A stretch of 64,000 nucleotides of DNA. It comes from Raillietiella orientalis (taxonomy: Eukaryota). Below are positions 37,586 through 49,449 of this stretch, piece by piece. The stretch spans positions 1,860,001 to 1,924,000 of the forward strand of contig JAYWIR010000041.1 in assembly GCA_036172245.1 (NCBI GenBank). Direction: 5' to 3'. A program made the position numbers and the translations under genes. The first letter of the stretch is position 1. Each line of letters starts with the position of its first letter. The notes beneath the pieces were generated by a model that made no database searches, was not told the DNA's origin, and saw only the letters and a list, made by a program, of their open reading frames with translations.

Positions 37586-38078
37586 TTAACCCTTTGAGTG
37601 CTATGGACGCATCCATGCGTTTGGCAAATGTTTTCACCTCATACACGCGGCGCGAGCTAACACCATCCACGCTTGAGATGGACACATACACTTACGTTCT
37701 TATCATTCCCTTAGCAACGACAGTGAACAAAATTCTATATATATCGGCTAGCTATTTTCGTTTTTCCTCGGTGTCGTACACAATTTATTATACTGTTTTT
37801 CATCTTTGCGGTATCGTGAAAAACGTGAATGAATTATAGATTTTATTCGAATTATAATTATAATTGTTAAATAAACAATACATGTTTGGGAAAAGTGAAA
37901 ATATTTCATTTAATGCGGTGTAAATAAACAATTACAACAGTAACTGTGTAAAGTAAATCGGTACATCGATAGAGTCGGCGGTACGTGAAAGAGCATGCCG
38001 TCCACAGAGGTCACAACTGCGACTCGCATGCCAACACGTAACATCTAAATCTGATGAGCTCCGCATCCAAAGAGTTAA
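37586..38078. mobile_element. piggyBac-like non-autonomous element (MITE), ~485 bp with TTAA duplication
   Basis: Left TTAA-CCCTTTGAGTGC (37586); right GCATCCAAAGAG-TTAA (38078). Ends match 13/16 as inverted repeats including TTAA; subterminal palindrome acgcat-cc-atgcgt; AT-rich interior contrasts with the flanks. Confidence 0.55.
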
Positions 38079-38099
38079 TGAGACCCTAGACAGGTTTAC

Positions 38100-40400
38100 T
38101 AACGATGGAAGCCTTTGATGTCCGGTGAAACTCGTTGCGACGGAGGACAAAAGGTTTAGGACTCTTGTCGAGCGGAGTGGTGAAGCCTGTTCTTCCGCGA
38201 TACCCCTGTGGAAGCTCGGTGCCCTCCCTGGCTCCCAGCCTATTGCAGTTCTGTTTCTGCACAGAACGTGCTTCGGCAGGCATTTCCGTGATTTGGAGAA
38301 CTTCGTGTCCTCGCCTCGGCTGAAAGCACTACGAGTCCAATCCCCCGTGCTCGACGGCTCCCTTTCAGCTCGATCTACCAGCCCACTGCCGAACCGCCCT
38401 CCAGCAACCAGAGCGGAAAGTTCAAGGTGAACTGAAAACAGGAGTCTCAGGAGAAAACAGGAGTCTCAAGAGGCCCTCTTGCACGAGCCTCTTTCGCATA
38501 TCAAAGAGAACAGCGCTTCGCGGCTGCACTCAGGCCTGACCCTGAGACTCGATGCTTCTAGTCCTCTAGGTGCACGCTTCTTTTTAACTTGCCTCTTCTA
38601 GCGTGAATCCGATCAATGTCAGACAGGTTTAGTTGCTCAGAGCAAAGCTCGATGGTGTCAGGAGAGGTTTCCTCAGAGCTCTCCTTTCTTTCATCGTTTC
38701 CTGCTGCCGGTGCTCTCCTGGACTGGGATACATAGATGTTGGTAGGTTTCCTTCGTGCTTGTCGTTTCCCTTTATATGAACCTTATAATTCATAGTCCCT
38801 CTATGCTGCCTCCCGTTCCTGCATACTCGCCTTTAGGTCTCCGTGTTTTCGGAGTTTCCCTCCTGCGATATCGCTTCGTTTGGTCTGCTTGGCCGTCACG
38901 TGAGGTCTCACCACGTACGCTGATAGTCTTCTGCTCGTGATCGATGCTTTTCCATTCACCTGAGTTACAGCTTAGCACTTATGGCTCAAAAGAAAACGCG
39001 TGAGTCTCTCCATCATCGAAGATACCCTGCTTCCTGAAGACCACTTCGGACCATCCTCCCAATTCCTCTTTCGTTTTTGTTTTTGTCGATGGGAACTCTG
39101 TTTAGAAGGTTTTGGAGGCTGAGCTGCGTACGAAGGTCTTTAGGACACGGCTCGAGCGTGCGTCGCCATGTGACTTTTCCGAAAAAGCATCAGCATTCAC
39201 GGAACTCTCATTCCCACTCTCATCCAATCGTTCCCTGCCTCCTACCAAGAGACCCTCCTCGTTTCTTTCGAGCCCGATAAAAAGGAAAAAATACCCTTTC
39301 CAGAGCATGCCGGAATTTTCGTCCATGGACGTCCTGGACAATCCACAAAAACCTTCGTCGCATATGGGGATCTGTTTATTCGCTTCCGTGGTTTTTAATT
39401 TCCAGTTTCCGGAATTGGCCGTTCTGGGTCGCGTTCTTGCCTGTTTAAAGCGCCTCTCTGAACTCTTGCCGAGTCGTAGTTGTGGTGGGAGGCAGCGCGA
39501 CGTCACGAGCAGCTGACACCTCTCCCCTCCCCAATGCGGGGTGAGGAAGGGTGGGAGCTCACCGCAGAAGTCGAAGCTTCCTTAGAAACGGCGTACTAGT
39601 TCGAAATGGAAACGGAAACACGATTGCCAGCTGCAGCAACCGGAAGATCCCGGGAATCGAGACGTGGATCGCCGCCGCCACTTGTAGTGATTGGTCCGGC
39701 ATCTTCCTTCCTTTCAGTGAGGGACGGAAAACAGGAAAGGGGATTTTTGTGGATCAGGAATCGCGGAACTCTTCGCCCTAGGATGTTCTTTTAGCCGGAA
39801 GAGTTCCTTCGTTCGCTCGTACCGAATTTCGATTAGGACCCGGGTTGCTGAAATTTCTCAGCAACCCGGGCAAAGGGAAGGTTTTGGAGCACCCGAAGAA
39901 GAAGGTGGAAGCAGCGAGCTGACCAATGATCAGCACGAAAAGCTAGTTTCGGAACCCCAAGATGAGGGCACGGAGCAGAGCACGTGACATTCAGCGTTGC
40001 CGGCGTTCGAGAGGTGAAGCCTTTCGTCCCGACTAGGCGGACGGAGGGTCTTCTGCACTGCGCGAGGGCCCATCGCAGCAGTTCCTCGCCCCGGAGTGAT
40101 CGGGTGAAGAAAAGTCTCAACAGTTCCTTGATGACTCAGCACGGGCATCCCAGCTGACTGCACCATTCTCCGTCCAGCAGCAACACTTCGATCCGTTCGC
40201 AGGTGGCTGCTGGAGGGCCAACGGCGGAAGGAGGGACGAGTGGCGCTTCCCATGTCACGGCCACGCGCGGAAAGACAACTCGCCTGGATGGAAGAGTTCC
40301 CGGCAGCGATTCGCAAACGTATTCTCGGCGACGCAAACGAAAAGCAGCCGCTGTGGAGCAAGCGCTGCGATAAGTGTGGGTCATAATCTGCCACAAATAA
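38100..40400 (-). mobile_element. Decayed LINE ORF2 5' half (APE, linker, RT start)
   Basis: CRRPS (YRPP), FRADHW, KKKRAPRGL (KAPGxD), RLGAREG (QxGFRxG). Confidence 0.38.
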
Positions 40401-41054
40401 ATGAGGTGACACTAATGGTGATTCTGCGGGAAGTGCAGCAAGACTGGGACGATTGCAACGGGAAGATTAGCTTATCCTGGAGCGTAATGTTGGATATTAA
40501 AAGCTCATCGCCCTACACGCTTTGCGGCAGATGGTTGTAACACCTCAAGAATCTTGGTCAGCCACCGCTATTTTCCAAGGAGTTAATGGAGTGGTCGAAA
40601 TACAAACGAAAAGGCAAATCAAAAGGTGCATCATCTGAAGGAGAAAAAAGAAAACGCGAATGATGTGGATCCGTTATCATTTATATCTTTAGAGCATTCT
40701 TCCAGATCCAATGGCTTAAGCCATCTTCTTTGTCCTAAAATCCCTAAAATGCACATTGATTGCAAATCGATTTGTAGACTGTTGATCATTTTTGAATCAG
40801 TTCTTTTCGGATAATGATCTCTCAATGGACATTCTTCTGATATGCGTACTGCAAGCTTGTGAACCGTCGTACATCGACAAGTACGCAGAACATACATTTA
40901 CGTATAATGCTTGATTGTCTTCCATGTGCCCAATCATCAACACCACTATCGGCGAAAGTTCACGCATCACCTTATTCCTGTTTAAAGTTGGCGCTTCTGC
41001 TAAAGCTTTCAGTGCTCATCATCAATTCATGATTCAACCAAAGCTAGGAGATGT

Positions 41055-42060
41055 ATGAAACCAGTCAACTCTTCCCTCATCAGCCTCCTTCGTGTGCCAC
41101 TTGTCATCACGGGGCACACTCGAGAAAGCGTGCCCCTGAAGAGTTGGAAGGCCGTGCGCTTCCATTTCCGAAAACGTGTTGCATAAGCAGCATAATTCAC
41201 TGCGACTGTGATCTCTTGGCCCTACTGAAGTGATTGATTGACGAATCACGCATTCGGGGGCCGTGAGAGGAAACCTCGCTGATCGGTTGAAGACTGCGCC
41301 GGAATAAAATGGCAAAATTCACGCGCATTCAAAAAGCAATTGATGGGACACGAAGCTTACTAAGTGAATTGTCTTCGTTCATGGAAAGTTCAGGAGTCAA
41401 TTCTCCAGGGCATTCTTCGTTGGCTCATAAGAAAAGAACTTATTTCAACCCCAATCCATTGGTAATGTAATTAAAAAGGAATCCCTAGCTCTCTTCAACT
41501 TTCATGGGCAGATCAACGAATTGTTGGAATTTCAAGAGAAAATCTATGCATGTTTGTAAATAAGCTCCCAAAATTGACACTGTACTTGTTCCCCTGCTGG
41601 ACGCTGAAGGTAATTTTAGAAGATGTTTTCTCAAAATGCCTTGTACGATCGTCAGGACCATTTCTGGAAGAGAAGGTGAGTCATACCCTGCAGAAGACGG
41701 CGATTTCTGATGTTCAGCGAATACCCCACAGAAAGTGTAGGGAAGAAGATCGAAGAAGTGTCACGGAATTTGATGCGTTTGGATTGCATGCAGTGGAATT
41801 GGAATGGCGCATCACTGTGGAACGTTGAGGAATATTCTTGTACACAAGTGCAAGCCACGTTGAGAAAGCACTGTACAGTCATCGGTGTTGATGTTTTCTC
41901 TCCCTCTCTCTCAGCAGTCAAGTGAGGCCAACCCTCCTCTCCATTTTGTTTTTCGGAGTGTGCTTGCTGAGAACTTGATAAGGAAATGACTCGGTGCCCT
42001 CTCTTCAAGTTGTGGGAACGGATTGAGGGTAGACAAATTTCCAAAAAAATCAAGTCAGGA
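41055..42060 (+). pseudogene. Possible disabled intronless secreted leucine-rich-repeat gene nested in KChIP intron
   Basis: Across frameshifts: MK..LISLL..LVI leader, ACP...PC...C (LRR-NT-like), NKLPKLTLYL, FSEYPTESV, VIGVDVFSP...PFC..CAC...C (LRR-CT-like); many stops. Confidence 0.25.
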
Positions 42061-42567
42061 AGGCACGTGAAACGATTTTACTACTAATGTAGTCGTCTAC
42101 TCGTGAATAATCAGCATACCTGCAAATACGCTTCCCTTCCCCTTTTTTTTTACCTACCATCTAGGCGAAATGTAATCCGTCGCGATGCATGTGCCCTCGA
42201 AGGACCACATGCAAATGCACGCCCACGAATTACTTTCTTTTCTTATTTCTACGAATTACTCATGAACTATGAATATATGTTTATTGATCCGTGTTTGCTT
42301 TCCTGTTCCTACAGACTCATGTCATTGAAGTTTGCGTGTGCCACCTACTCAGGTAAATTTGAAGTTTTGCCTCTGCTAGGCTTTATCCAAAGGAAGTCTG
42401 TGTTGTCGAATTTCTTATTTTATACTACAATCCACTTACAGCAAAATTTGAAATACATTATATATCATTTTGTAAAATTCGTATGTAGTAATTTCATTTA
42501 CTTACAGAATATATATATGTGTGTGCATGTCTTCAAGACTGCATGCGTTTAAGGTAATGAATGTGTA

Positions 42568-42600
42568 ATATATATATATATGTGTGTGTGTGTGTATGTG
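42568..42600. repeat. (AT)n(TG)n compound microsatellite
   Basis: atatatatatatatgtgtgtgtgtgtgtatgtg. Confidence 0.9.
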
Positions 42601-43299
42601 TTTATATGCACATTTAAACATACTATCCCTCAGTTTATTTTGTTTTTTGACAGCACCGAATTGAGTTCAATCTGTAAGTAGTAGTTTTCCATATTAGACT
42701 TTGTCTATGCATCTCAACCGAGTCAATTATCACGAAAATCCACTGTGCTTCTCATCCCCACCCTTCTGAGAACTCCCTAATCAGCATCCATCATGCATCT
42801 CGAACCGATAGCTCTTTCTGGTCGGATAAAGACTGCTACGAAGCATTCATTTAAAGACCTGAGATGTTCGAGGAGAACATCGATGTTTCACGTGGTCCAT
42901 CACCCTCCTGGCGAATTACCACTGCGTCTTCCTTGCAGAGCACGCGTAGCAGCGTCCTAACAAAGATGCTTTTTTCTTATTGAACTCAGATAAGTGCAGG
43001 AAGAATTACATACGACGATATTCAAATCAGCAGCATAAAGAGCCGGTCTGTCTTTATACGATGGTATCATGAGTATGAGGAAGGAAAACAGAATTCATAA
43101 TGAAAATAATAAGGGTGGTCTCAACGATGTTAGATGGTAATGTAAGGAATTTCATTTCCGTTCTTTCATTTCGAAGTGCTTAATGAACTGCTCGCATAGA
43201 GGGAAGTAATGATCATGCGTTATTGGTAATCGCTGTTCGTTCCATGTAAGCGTGGAGGAATAAGGATTTAGAGAGTGAGCGGAAAAAAACTACACCATT

Positions 43300-44760
43300 C
43301 CTTCCATGATGGTTATCCTCATCTTGTTTATGGAGACCGCGCTCTTGCTATATGGAGAAGGCCACCGCCTAGTATGAGTTTTGCTGCTTTTCGATTCCAG
43401 CTTTCGCGATGACGTTCCTTTCCGAATCCTGTGTCCCTCCCTTGCCGTATTCCCGTGAAACCCGAGAACGCAACTCCTCCCTTGGAAGCAGCAGCAGTGA
43501 ACAGGAAATGTGGATCCGAAGTGAAAAATGAAATCTGGGATGCCATCCGCCTTGACGACGTTTCTGAGATATTTCTTCTGCAGGCCGGCGGCCGTGAGGT
43601 CCAGATTCTCCAGCGGATTCGCTGACGCAGGTCTCTTAACATCAAACTCTCTTCGGTTCCGGCATGTCGCGTGGTTGCGTTTCACAGGAAGATGTGGGTT
43701 TCCGCTCAGATATTCCCCGTCAATCGATTGACACGAAAATGCAGTGACAACTGAATCTGTAAATTACATAGCCAGCGGGATCAAAACGAGGACGGAAGAA
43801 AAGCTCTGGACTCGAGAATCCGGGACGATGCGGATTGCGCAAAAAATTCTGCCGTTTTATTTTCTCCCTAGGAAAAATGAGGGGGTTCTCTCATTTACTA
43901 ATGAGCAGGTAATGGGATGAAAAATGAAGCCGAATCACACATACGATTTGCTCAGCATGAGAGAAAAAAACCATCTTGAGCCGCGGCGATAATGTCCCAT
44001 GAGAGCAAGCAAAATGAAATTTCTGGAAATATGAGACCATGAGAAAGCGAAACTGGCGAGGAGGGAGATCAGAATGCCGCTGCTATCGAAATTAGGGGGA
44101 TCCACTCTCGTTGTTAATTTATAGACTGATGATGCAAAAGTGACAAAATGATGTCACCTTTGTTGATGCTGCTCTCGGTTCCAATAGATTACCTTTGCAT
44201 GCATTTATTGGAAACATTTAGGCTGCCAAAACGTTCTCAGACGAATCACAACTCTGAGTAAAGAGTAGCAGGAACGACAAATGCAAAAATAAAAAAGTTC
44301 CGGAGAGACATCATAAGGTCATTTTTTTTTCTGGTTTGAAATGAATCCAACTTGAAAAAAAGAAAATTCGAGACCAGAGGAAGACGCTCCTTCAAACTCT
44401 TCTGCTTCCCCGTTTGTCTCTCCTCGCACCCCCTCTTCAAAATTGTGGTTCGTCTGACAACATTTTGGCATTTCAACGTATTTTGCAGAATTCTGCTTCC
44501 GTCCTACAAAGTGCACACGCTTTTTTGAAGCTACTAGGAGTTTTCCTGGAATCCCAAGTCTCCTCTTCTCGAATTATTCGCTTCAATGAAGAAACATTCG
44601 ACTTTGCTCATCGTATGAGTCATCGAGCTCATTCAGCTTGTGGAGGCAGATTCCACTTCAAGTTGAGTGCTGAGCAAGGCGCTCATTTAGAGACCATCGA
44701 GACACCACCTTTTCCATTTTCGACCATTCCTCATCGTCTCCCTTCCTTCGTCATCACCTC
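43300..44760 (-). mobile_element. RTE-like LINE RT and C-terminal remnant
   Basis: GRKWKRWCLD (GFRxGRxCxD), KWNLP, RRLGIPGKLL, EGVRG, IFAF, and LRDLRQRIRW (LRxIxxIxW). Confidence 0.5.
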
Positions 44761-45399
44761 CTAGTCCGAAAGGTGTTTACGCTCATTCGTAGGATCTAAT
44801 GTGAAGCTATTACATCTTCCATCGGATCACTAGCAATAGGCATGTCGACTTCTGGACTTGAAGCGTTGAAAAGAGTCGTGGAAGTATTAGCGCGCGAATT
44901 TCTTCATTTAAAAAGTGAGAACCCTTGGAAGAACGTGTTTATCGTACACTATCGTGCACTTCATTCTATAGTGTTCGAGGTGCAGTTCAGTTTGCTTGCA
45001 GTCTCTTTCTCAGAAACTACGAGTGACTGGTTCTAAGCGCCACCATATAATCATAAGGTGCAGTTTGTCCTCCTGGAAGGTCCATATGTTATTGTAGTAC
45101 GTAGGGTTCCATTTTCTTGCATGCTGATGGTGAAAATATGGTTGGTATTGGTGACTTCCTTGATTACCCACAGATCCATGGGGTAGCTGAGAACAGTCTG
45201 GCATGACGACGATACGTGGGTTATCAAATATCTTTACAGGTCTGTGGAGATCTCGTTGTTGAACTGTTTTATGAATCTGCATTGGATCAACGGTTGCCTC
45301 TTGTCATGTCATTTAGTGAGCTCCGTCAGCTTGCTTGCTGCTTGTAAGGTGACCTGTAGTGACTGTGTGGATACTTAGCGAATGCGCTTTTACCTGTCT

Positions 45400-45800
45400 T
45401 TTTTGGTCAATTTTTTTGTGAACCCGAGGTTGACGTCTTCCGAACCCCACCATACAATCATATGTGTTCGGGTCTTCATGAGGCCGTAGGGTGAATGTTC
45501 AAGTACCTGATTGGACCTCGGATATTATTTTTCTTAGTCATCCCGCGACGTAGTTGATACTTTTGCTATGGAGCTGTAGATCGTATTGGAGTAGAACAAA
45601 TCTTATTCTGTTTTGAACCAGCTTGAGTAGTTTGGTTTTTTATTTGTCTCTGGTGCCTTCTGTAGGTCCGTTGATCCATGGGTTTGAACAATACTCTCCC
45701 TATTTAGTAATCCAAAACTTCGAGACTTCTCAATATGCGCCTTACGCAAGCGATGTTTTCAGTTGGCGTACGGTTTTCGGTTGTAGAAATCAGAACATTC
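45400..45800 (-). mobile_element. Ty3/Gypsy RNase H remnant
   Basis: VQTHG (xTDH) then NRIRFVLLQYDLQLHSKSINYVA (RxxRxxLxLQxYD...GKxNxVAD). Confidence 0.5.
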
Positions 45801-46099
45801 GTAAACGTCTGAGATGCTTTGAAGACTGAACTCTTGGACTTCTATGGCGTATATTGTATTTTTTTTTTTTGAGTCAATCTATTATTTGTTGATATTCATT
45901 TTCGTTAAAGTGAATGAAGGTAAAACAATTCATATGCTTAAGCATGGCATCATAGCTCGTACTTGTTGGTTACTAGGTAGGGGCGTATCACACATAAGAT
46001 TTCATTTAATTTGGAGATACATATATTGGAGATAAAAAGAAGGGTCGGATGCCTTGGTCGGATCCCATTAAAGCGGATACCTTCAGCTGCTTTAATTTA

Positions 46100-47150
46100 T
46101 GGACCTCGCCGGTTGCCTTAGTCAGAGAACTCGCCATGTAATCTCTCCAGGAGGTAGTTTCAAAAAATATCCTTCAGCCACCTTTGGAAGAAGACCTAAG
46201 GAAGTTCTTGTCCGGTGTCCTGACCGGCAAATTTGCATGGGAAGGCAGACCTCTCCCGTGCTGCAGCCGTCTGGGCAGAGACGGGTTTCGTAGTAGGTAC
46301 TCTTTTCGTCCTAATTCGGTACCAGATGTGGGTTTCATTGGACGGCGAGCCACTTCGGCGAAGTCATCATTTTAGGTCCACTACACTTCCCACTCCATTT
46401 TCCTGGTGTTCCGACTCTGCGTGCTGCCCAGCTGGAACGCGTCTGGCAAGAACTTGTCAAGTGTATCCTGATCAAGGCAAAGCCATGCATTGAGTGGGGC
46501 CCTGTGGCTCTTCAAACTACTTTGCTACGTCTGAAGACTCTTCGTTTTGCTGACTACCGCTTCATTCTCATGAAGTAGCTCAATCTGCTTCTGATACGCG
46601 GAGTGTCCAGAAGACTTCAAGCAAATCGTTCGTGCCAGCGCCGCGTGCTTTCGGATAAGACTTTGCCTTATGTATGGAACCGCTGTTTCGGGCACTCCCC
46701 CCTGTACACGGCTAGGCACGATGCCGTGGCAGAAAGGATTCTCAATGCTGCAACCACCATTGATGGAGACGGGTTTCAGCGAACAGAATGTTCCACTCTG
46801 TGACCTAATTTGGTGCTGCGGCGGGGCAACCGCCTAATGTTTCCGGATGTCGCCTGTCCATTTGAGAATGGGGAATGGTCTTTCAGCACCACCAGGTTGA
46901 GAAAGAAAGAATCGAAGTAACGGAATGCTGCCTGGTAGTTTTCCCAGGAAAGCTTGCAAACCAAGGTGCACGCCTTCACAATTGGATCGCTTGAATGCTG
47001 GGTTGCGAATAATAGAGTTCCAAATCTTTACAATTGGATGTCCAATGATGGAGTTCTTTGCGAGTTAAGTGTTCCGAGACTATGCTACGAGGAAATGAAA
47101 ACTCTTATGGTAGCTTCGTGCAGTCTTGGCATCTACTAGGCACATAGAAT
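46100..47150 (+). mobile_element. 5'-truncated Utopia/NeSL-type non-LTR retrotransposon (CCHC + RLE)
   Basis: PDQGK (46467), RFADYRFI (46543), CQR..TLPYVWNRC, RHDAV, PNLV..DVACPFENG (~46847), AFTIGSLECW, NDGVL..L..P..YEEMK; several stops and frameshifts. Confidence 0.85.
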
Positions 47151-47299
47151 AGAACACCCGCCAGTTGACTCTGATAAGAGGGAGTATCTAGGACAGGAGT
47201 CTATGAATGAGCAGCAAATTGAAGATCTTGCCGAATTGCACCTTAAAGAACGTCAACAGGAACCTCTTGATATCCTTTAACATGAAAAGGCTAGAAGAT

Positions 47300-48350
47300 G
47301 GTGTAGAGACAGGCTGTTTCTATCTATTTTTGCACCATTTCTGTCTGAATAAGAAAGGGAAGCATCTAACCAAACAAACTAGTCTGGTCACCCTAATTAG
47401 CAGAGAGAAATCCAAAACTACTTATCGACTACACTTTGATACTGACTGAAAACCTTTTCACCGAACAGAGTAACTGGCAGGCATCACTAAGAGCAGAACT
47501 ATGGAGTTTGGAACCAACTGGGACGGTTTATATTGGTTCAGCACATTTGTCGAGGTCATTTGGCCATTTTGATCCTGTGACTCCAGGGCGTTTACTAATA
47601 AAAATAAGCTCAGTGCCTCCTGGGGTCACAAGTTTGTTCGGGAAGGAATGCTGGACTTGCAGATCGGCTGCATCCAAAGAGTGAAGCACCAATAGAAGTG
47701 AAGGGAACAGTAGATAAAACATATGAAGGGAAAGGAAAAAAGGATACTCTTATGATGACTCCTCCTGCACGAGATGCAGGAGATCTCCGAGACTTTATGA
47801 TGCTTGTGGGAATCTATACAGAGTTGAATAACGAGATGTTATGTGCATGGTAGTGATTCCCTGCTCAAAAGCTTTACGTAATGGATTCACAATATGAGCA
47901 TTCTGAAATGGATTCACAATATGAGCATTTTTGTCGGATCTGCAGACAAATGACGTTGATGCAGCAGTGGATAGACGTATTTTCTGAAACCTCCAGACAG
48001 AAACGGCAACTTTCAAGACTTTATCTACTCCAAGGGTTAGTCTCCTGTAAAATTTTTGATGAAAGAAATTCCACCTCCGAGAAGCTTCAAATGTTTATAT
48101 CTCACGATATCAGCATAAGAACTTGCTTGGATTTTTGGATGAACTGTGACGATTTTCAGATCTAATGCTTCCTGTCGTGAAATTGGATGATTGAGTGTGC
48201 AGTTTTGTTTGGGCAGTTTCCTTGCTTAAGGAGATTTTTAACCAGTGATTTTTCACTGCCCTCTTCACGTCGAATGCACTGTCGAACCATAAGTTTTGGG
48301 GGAGCACCTAATGCGGCTAATGGTCATGCTGGGAAGTGCTAGTGGCAGAA
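47300..48350 (-). mobile_element. Decayed CR1/L2-like LINE RT
   Basis: WRFQKIRLST (GFR..RST), LRKAFE, FPSLLLVL, NDLDK in RT order. Confidence 0.5.
47880..47929. repeat. Direct tandem duplication, 23-bp unit with period 27
   Basis: aatggattcacaatatgagcatt occurs twice. Confidence 0.9.
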
Positions 48351-49167
48351 TGCAGAAAATGAGAATAGCAGAATTTATTCATTCGAAAAGTATTCGTGAC
48401 ATTAATAATTCATTACTGTTAACTTTGAAAGGCGAAGAAATGGAGACTAAAACTACGTTAGAGGAGCTGCTTTCTGTAGTCACAAATGACACGAACTCTT
48501 CGACTGAGTGCTTCGTGCAAACTACAGACTTGGAAGTGCACAGCTTCTGGTTACCGTGCAGAATACGTGCTTTCACATAAGATGGTGGGATGACGAAACT
48601 CGTAAAAGAGTTAGAAATGAAGAGACTGAGGAAATGCATTTGTTGCTCTGGGTGATTCAAATTCTCGCAGTTCCGGACGTTTGTACGTATCAAAGACCGG
48701 CAAACTCATGCAGAAAGGGAAAGAAAATGATGAATGTCCAGCAGCTAAGAAGAGCATTTTCTTATTTGCTGGACGTTCATCCCGAACGTGTTGGAAGAAC
48801 GATGCTTTTCCGCTCACAGAGCACAACCAAAGTTCCCTATCTTGGAAACCAATGTTCCGTTGTTGCTCATGCCCAATCCTCAGGGAGTCCATTGGGTACT
48901 GCAGAAATCTTCGAATCACTGATCGTCTCCACCTCGCGATTCCGATGCCAAAAAAACAACAGTCTGAGATTTCCCCTGCTTTCACCTATTTTGACCGTTC
49001 GCGACTTGCGCTTCCTCCATCAAAGACATTACCAGTCCCTCAGATGTAGAAATCACTTTTTCCGGAGCTTGCTTCTTGAGGTATCAGCAGAAATCACGAA
49101 TGTAATCTCATGTTCCTCTTGCTGTCTAAAATGCAATCATTCACTGATTCATGATTCCCAATTCCAG

Positions 49168-49215
49168 GATGAGAAAATTGTAAAATCCATGTCTGCTTTT
49201 GACAGTCTATGGTAA
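49168..49215 (+). CDS. KCNIP: KChIP terminal coding exon E (C-terminal helix)
   Basis: attccag|GAT GAG AAA ATT GTA AAA TCC ATG TCT GCT TTT GAC AGT CTA TGG TAA = DEKIVKSMSAFDSLW*, resembling the vertebrate KChIP C-terminus (DENIMRSMQLF-type). AATAAA at about 49299. Confidence 0.88.
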   Translation, partial: DEKIVKSMSAFDSLW

Positions 49216-49449
49216 CCTGGGGAAGCAAACGCCGAGGCGGAGACATTGCAGATGTGCGGAGATATCTCAGACCGCATGATGCTATTGTAAAGAAGGAAAA
49301 TAAAAACCAAACTTTCGCCAAGCAGATTCACTTGTTATTTCTGTCTCGTGGCGCTCGCAATTTTTTCTTCCTTGGGACTTTTCAGAAAATCCCTTCCTCT
49401 GCTTCGCATCGGAGGTCCATAGACAGCACCCATATCGTTTGATTGATGA

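Larger units (their letters stand above)
22846..49215 (+). other. KCNIP: KChIP/KCNIP-like neuronal calcium sensor gene locus (5 identified coding exons; 5' end uncertain)
   Basis: Spliced product LGSKEEDCELHTARSIPHSIEQISRETKFTKKELRFLYRGFKEICPSGTITETGFKDVYSKFFPPGSSSQYAHYVFTAFDHHHTGTVTFEDMVKGLSSLMKGSLEDKLHWVFGLYDINHDGYVTKEELFIIMAAIYCLMGDRSNQMSDWSFPEHVDKIFKQIDLNHDGVISLDEFMDYCMKDEKIVKSMSAFDSLW*. Intron phases 1, 2, 0, 0 all match across GT-AG junctions. In-frame ATG at 22846 is a possible start. Confidence 0.93.

Noticed and set aside
48508..49167. 235-aa ORF 48508..49215 as a standalone gene
   Set aside because: Only its last 15 codons, after the acceptor at 49167, are KChIP-like; the rest has no recognisable features.
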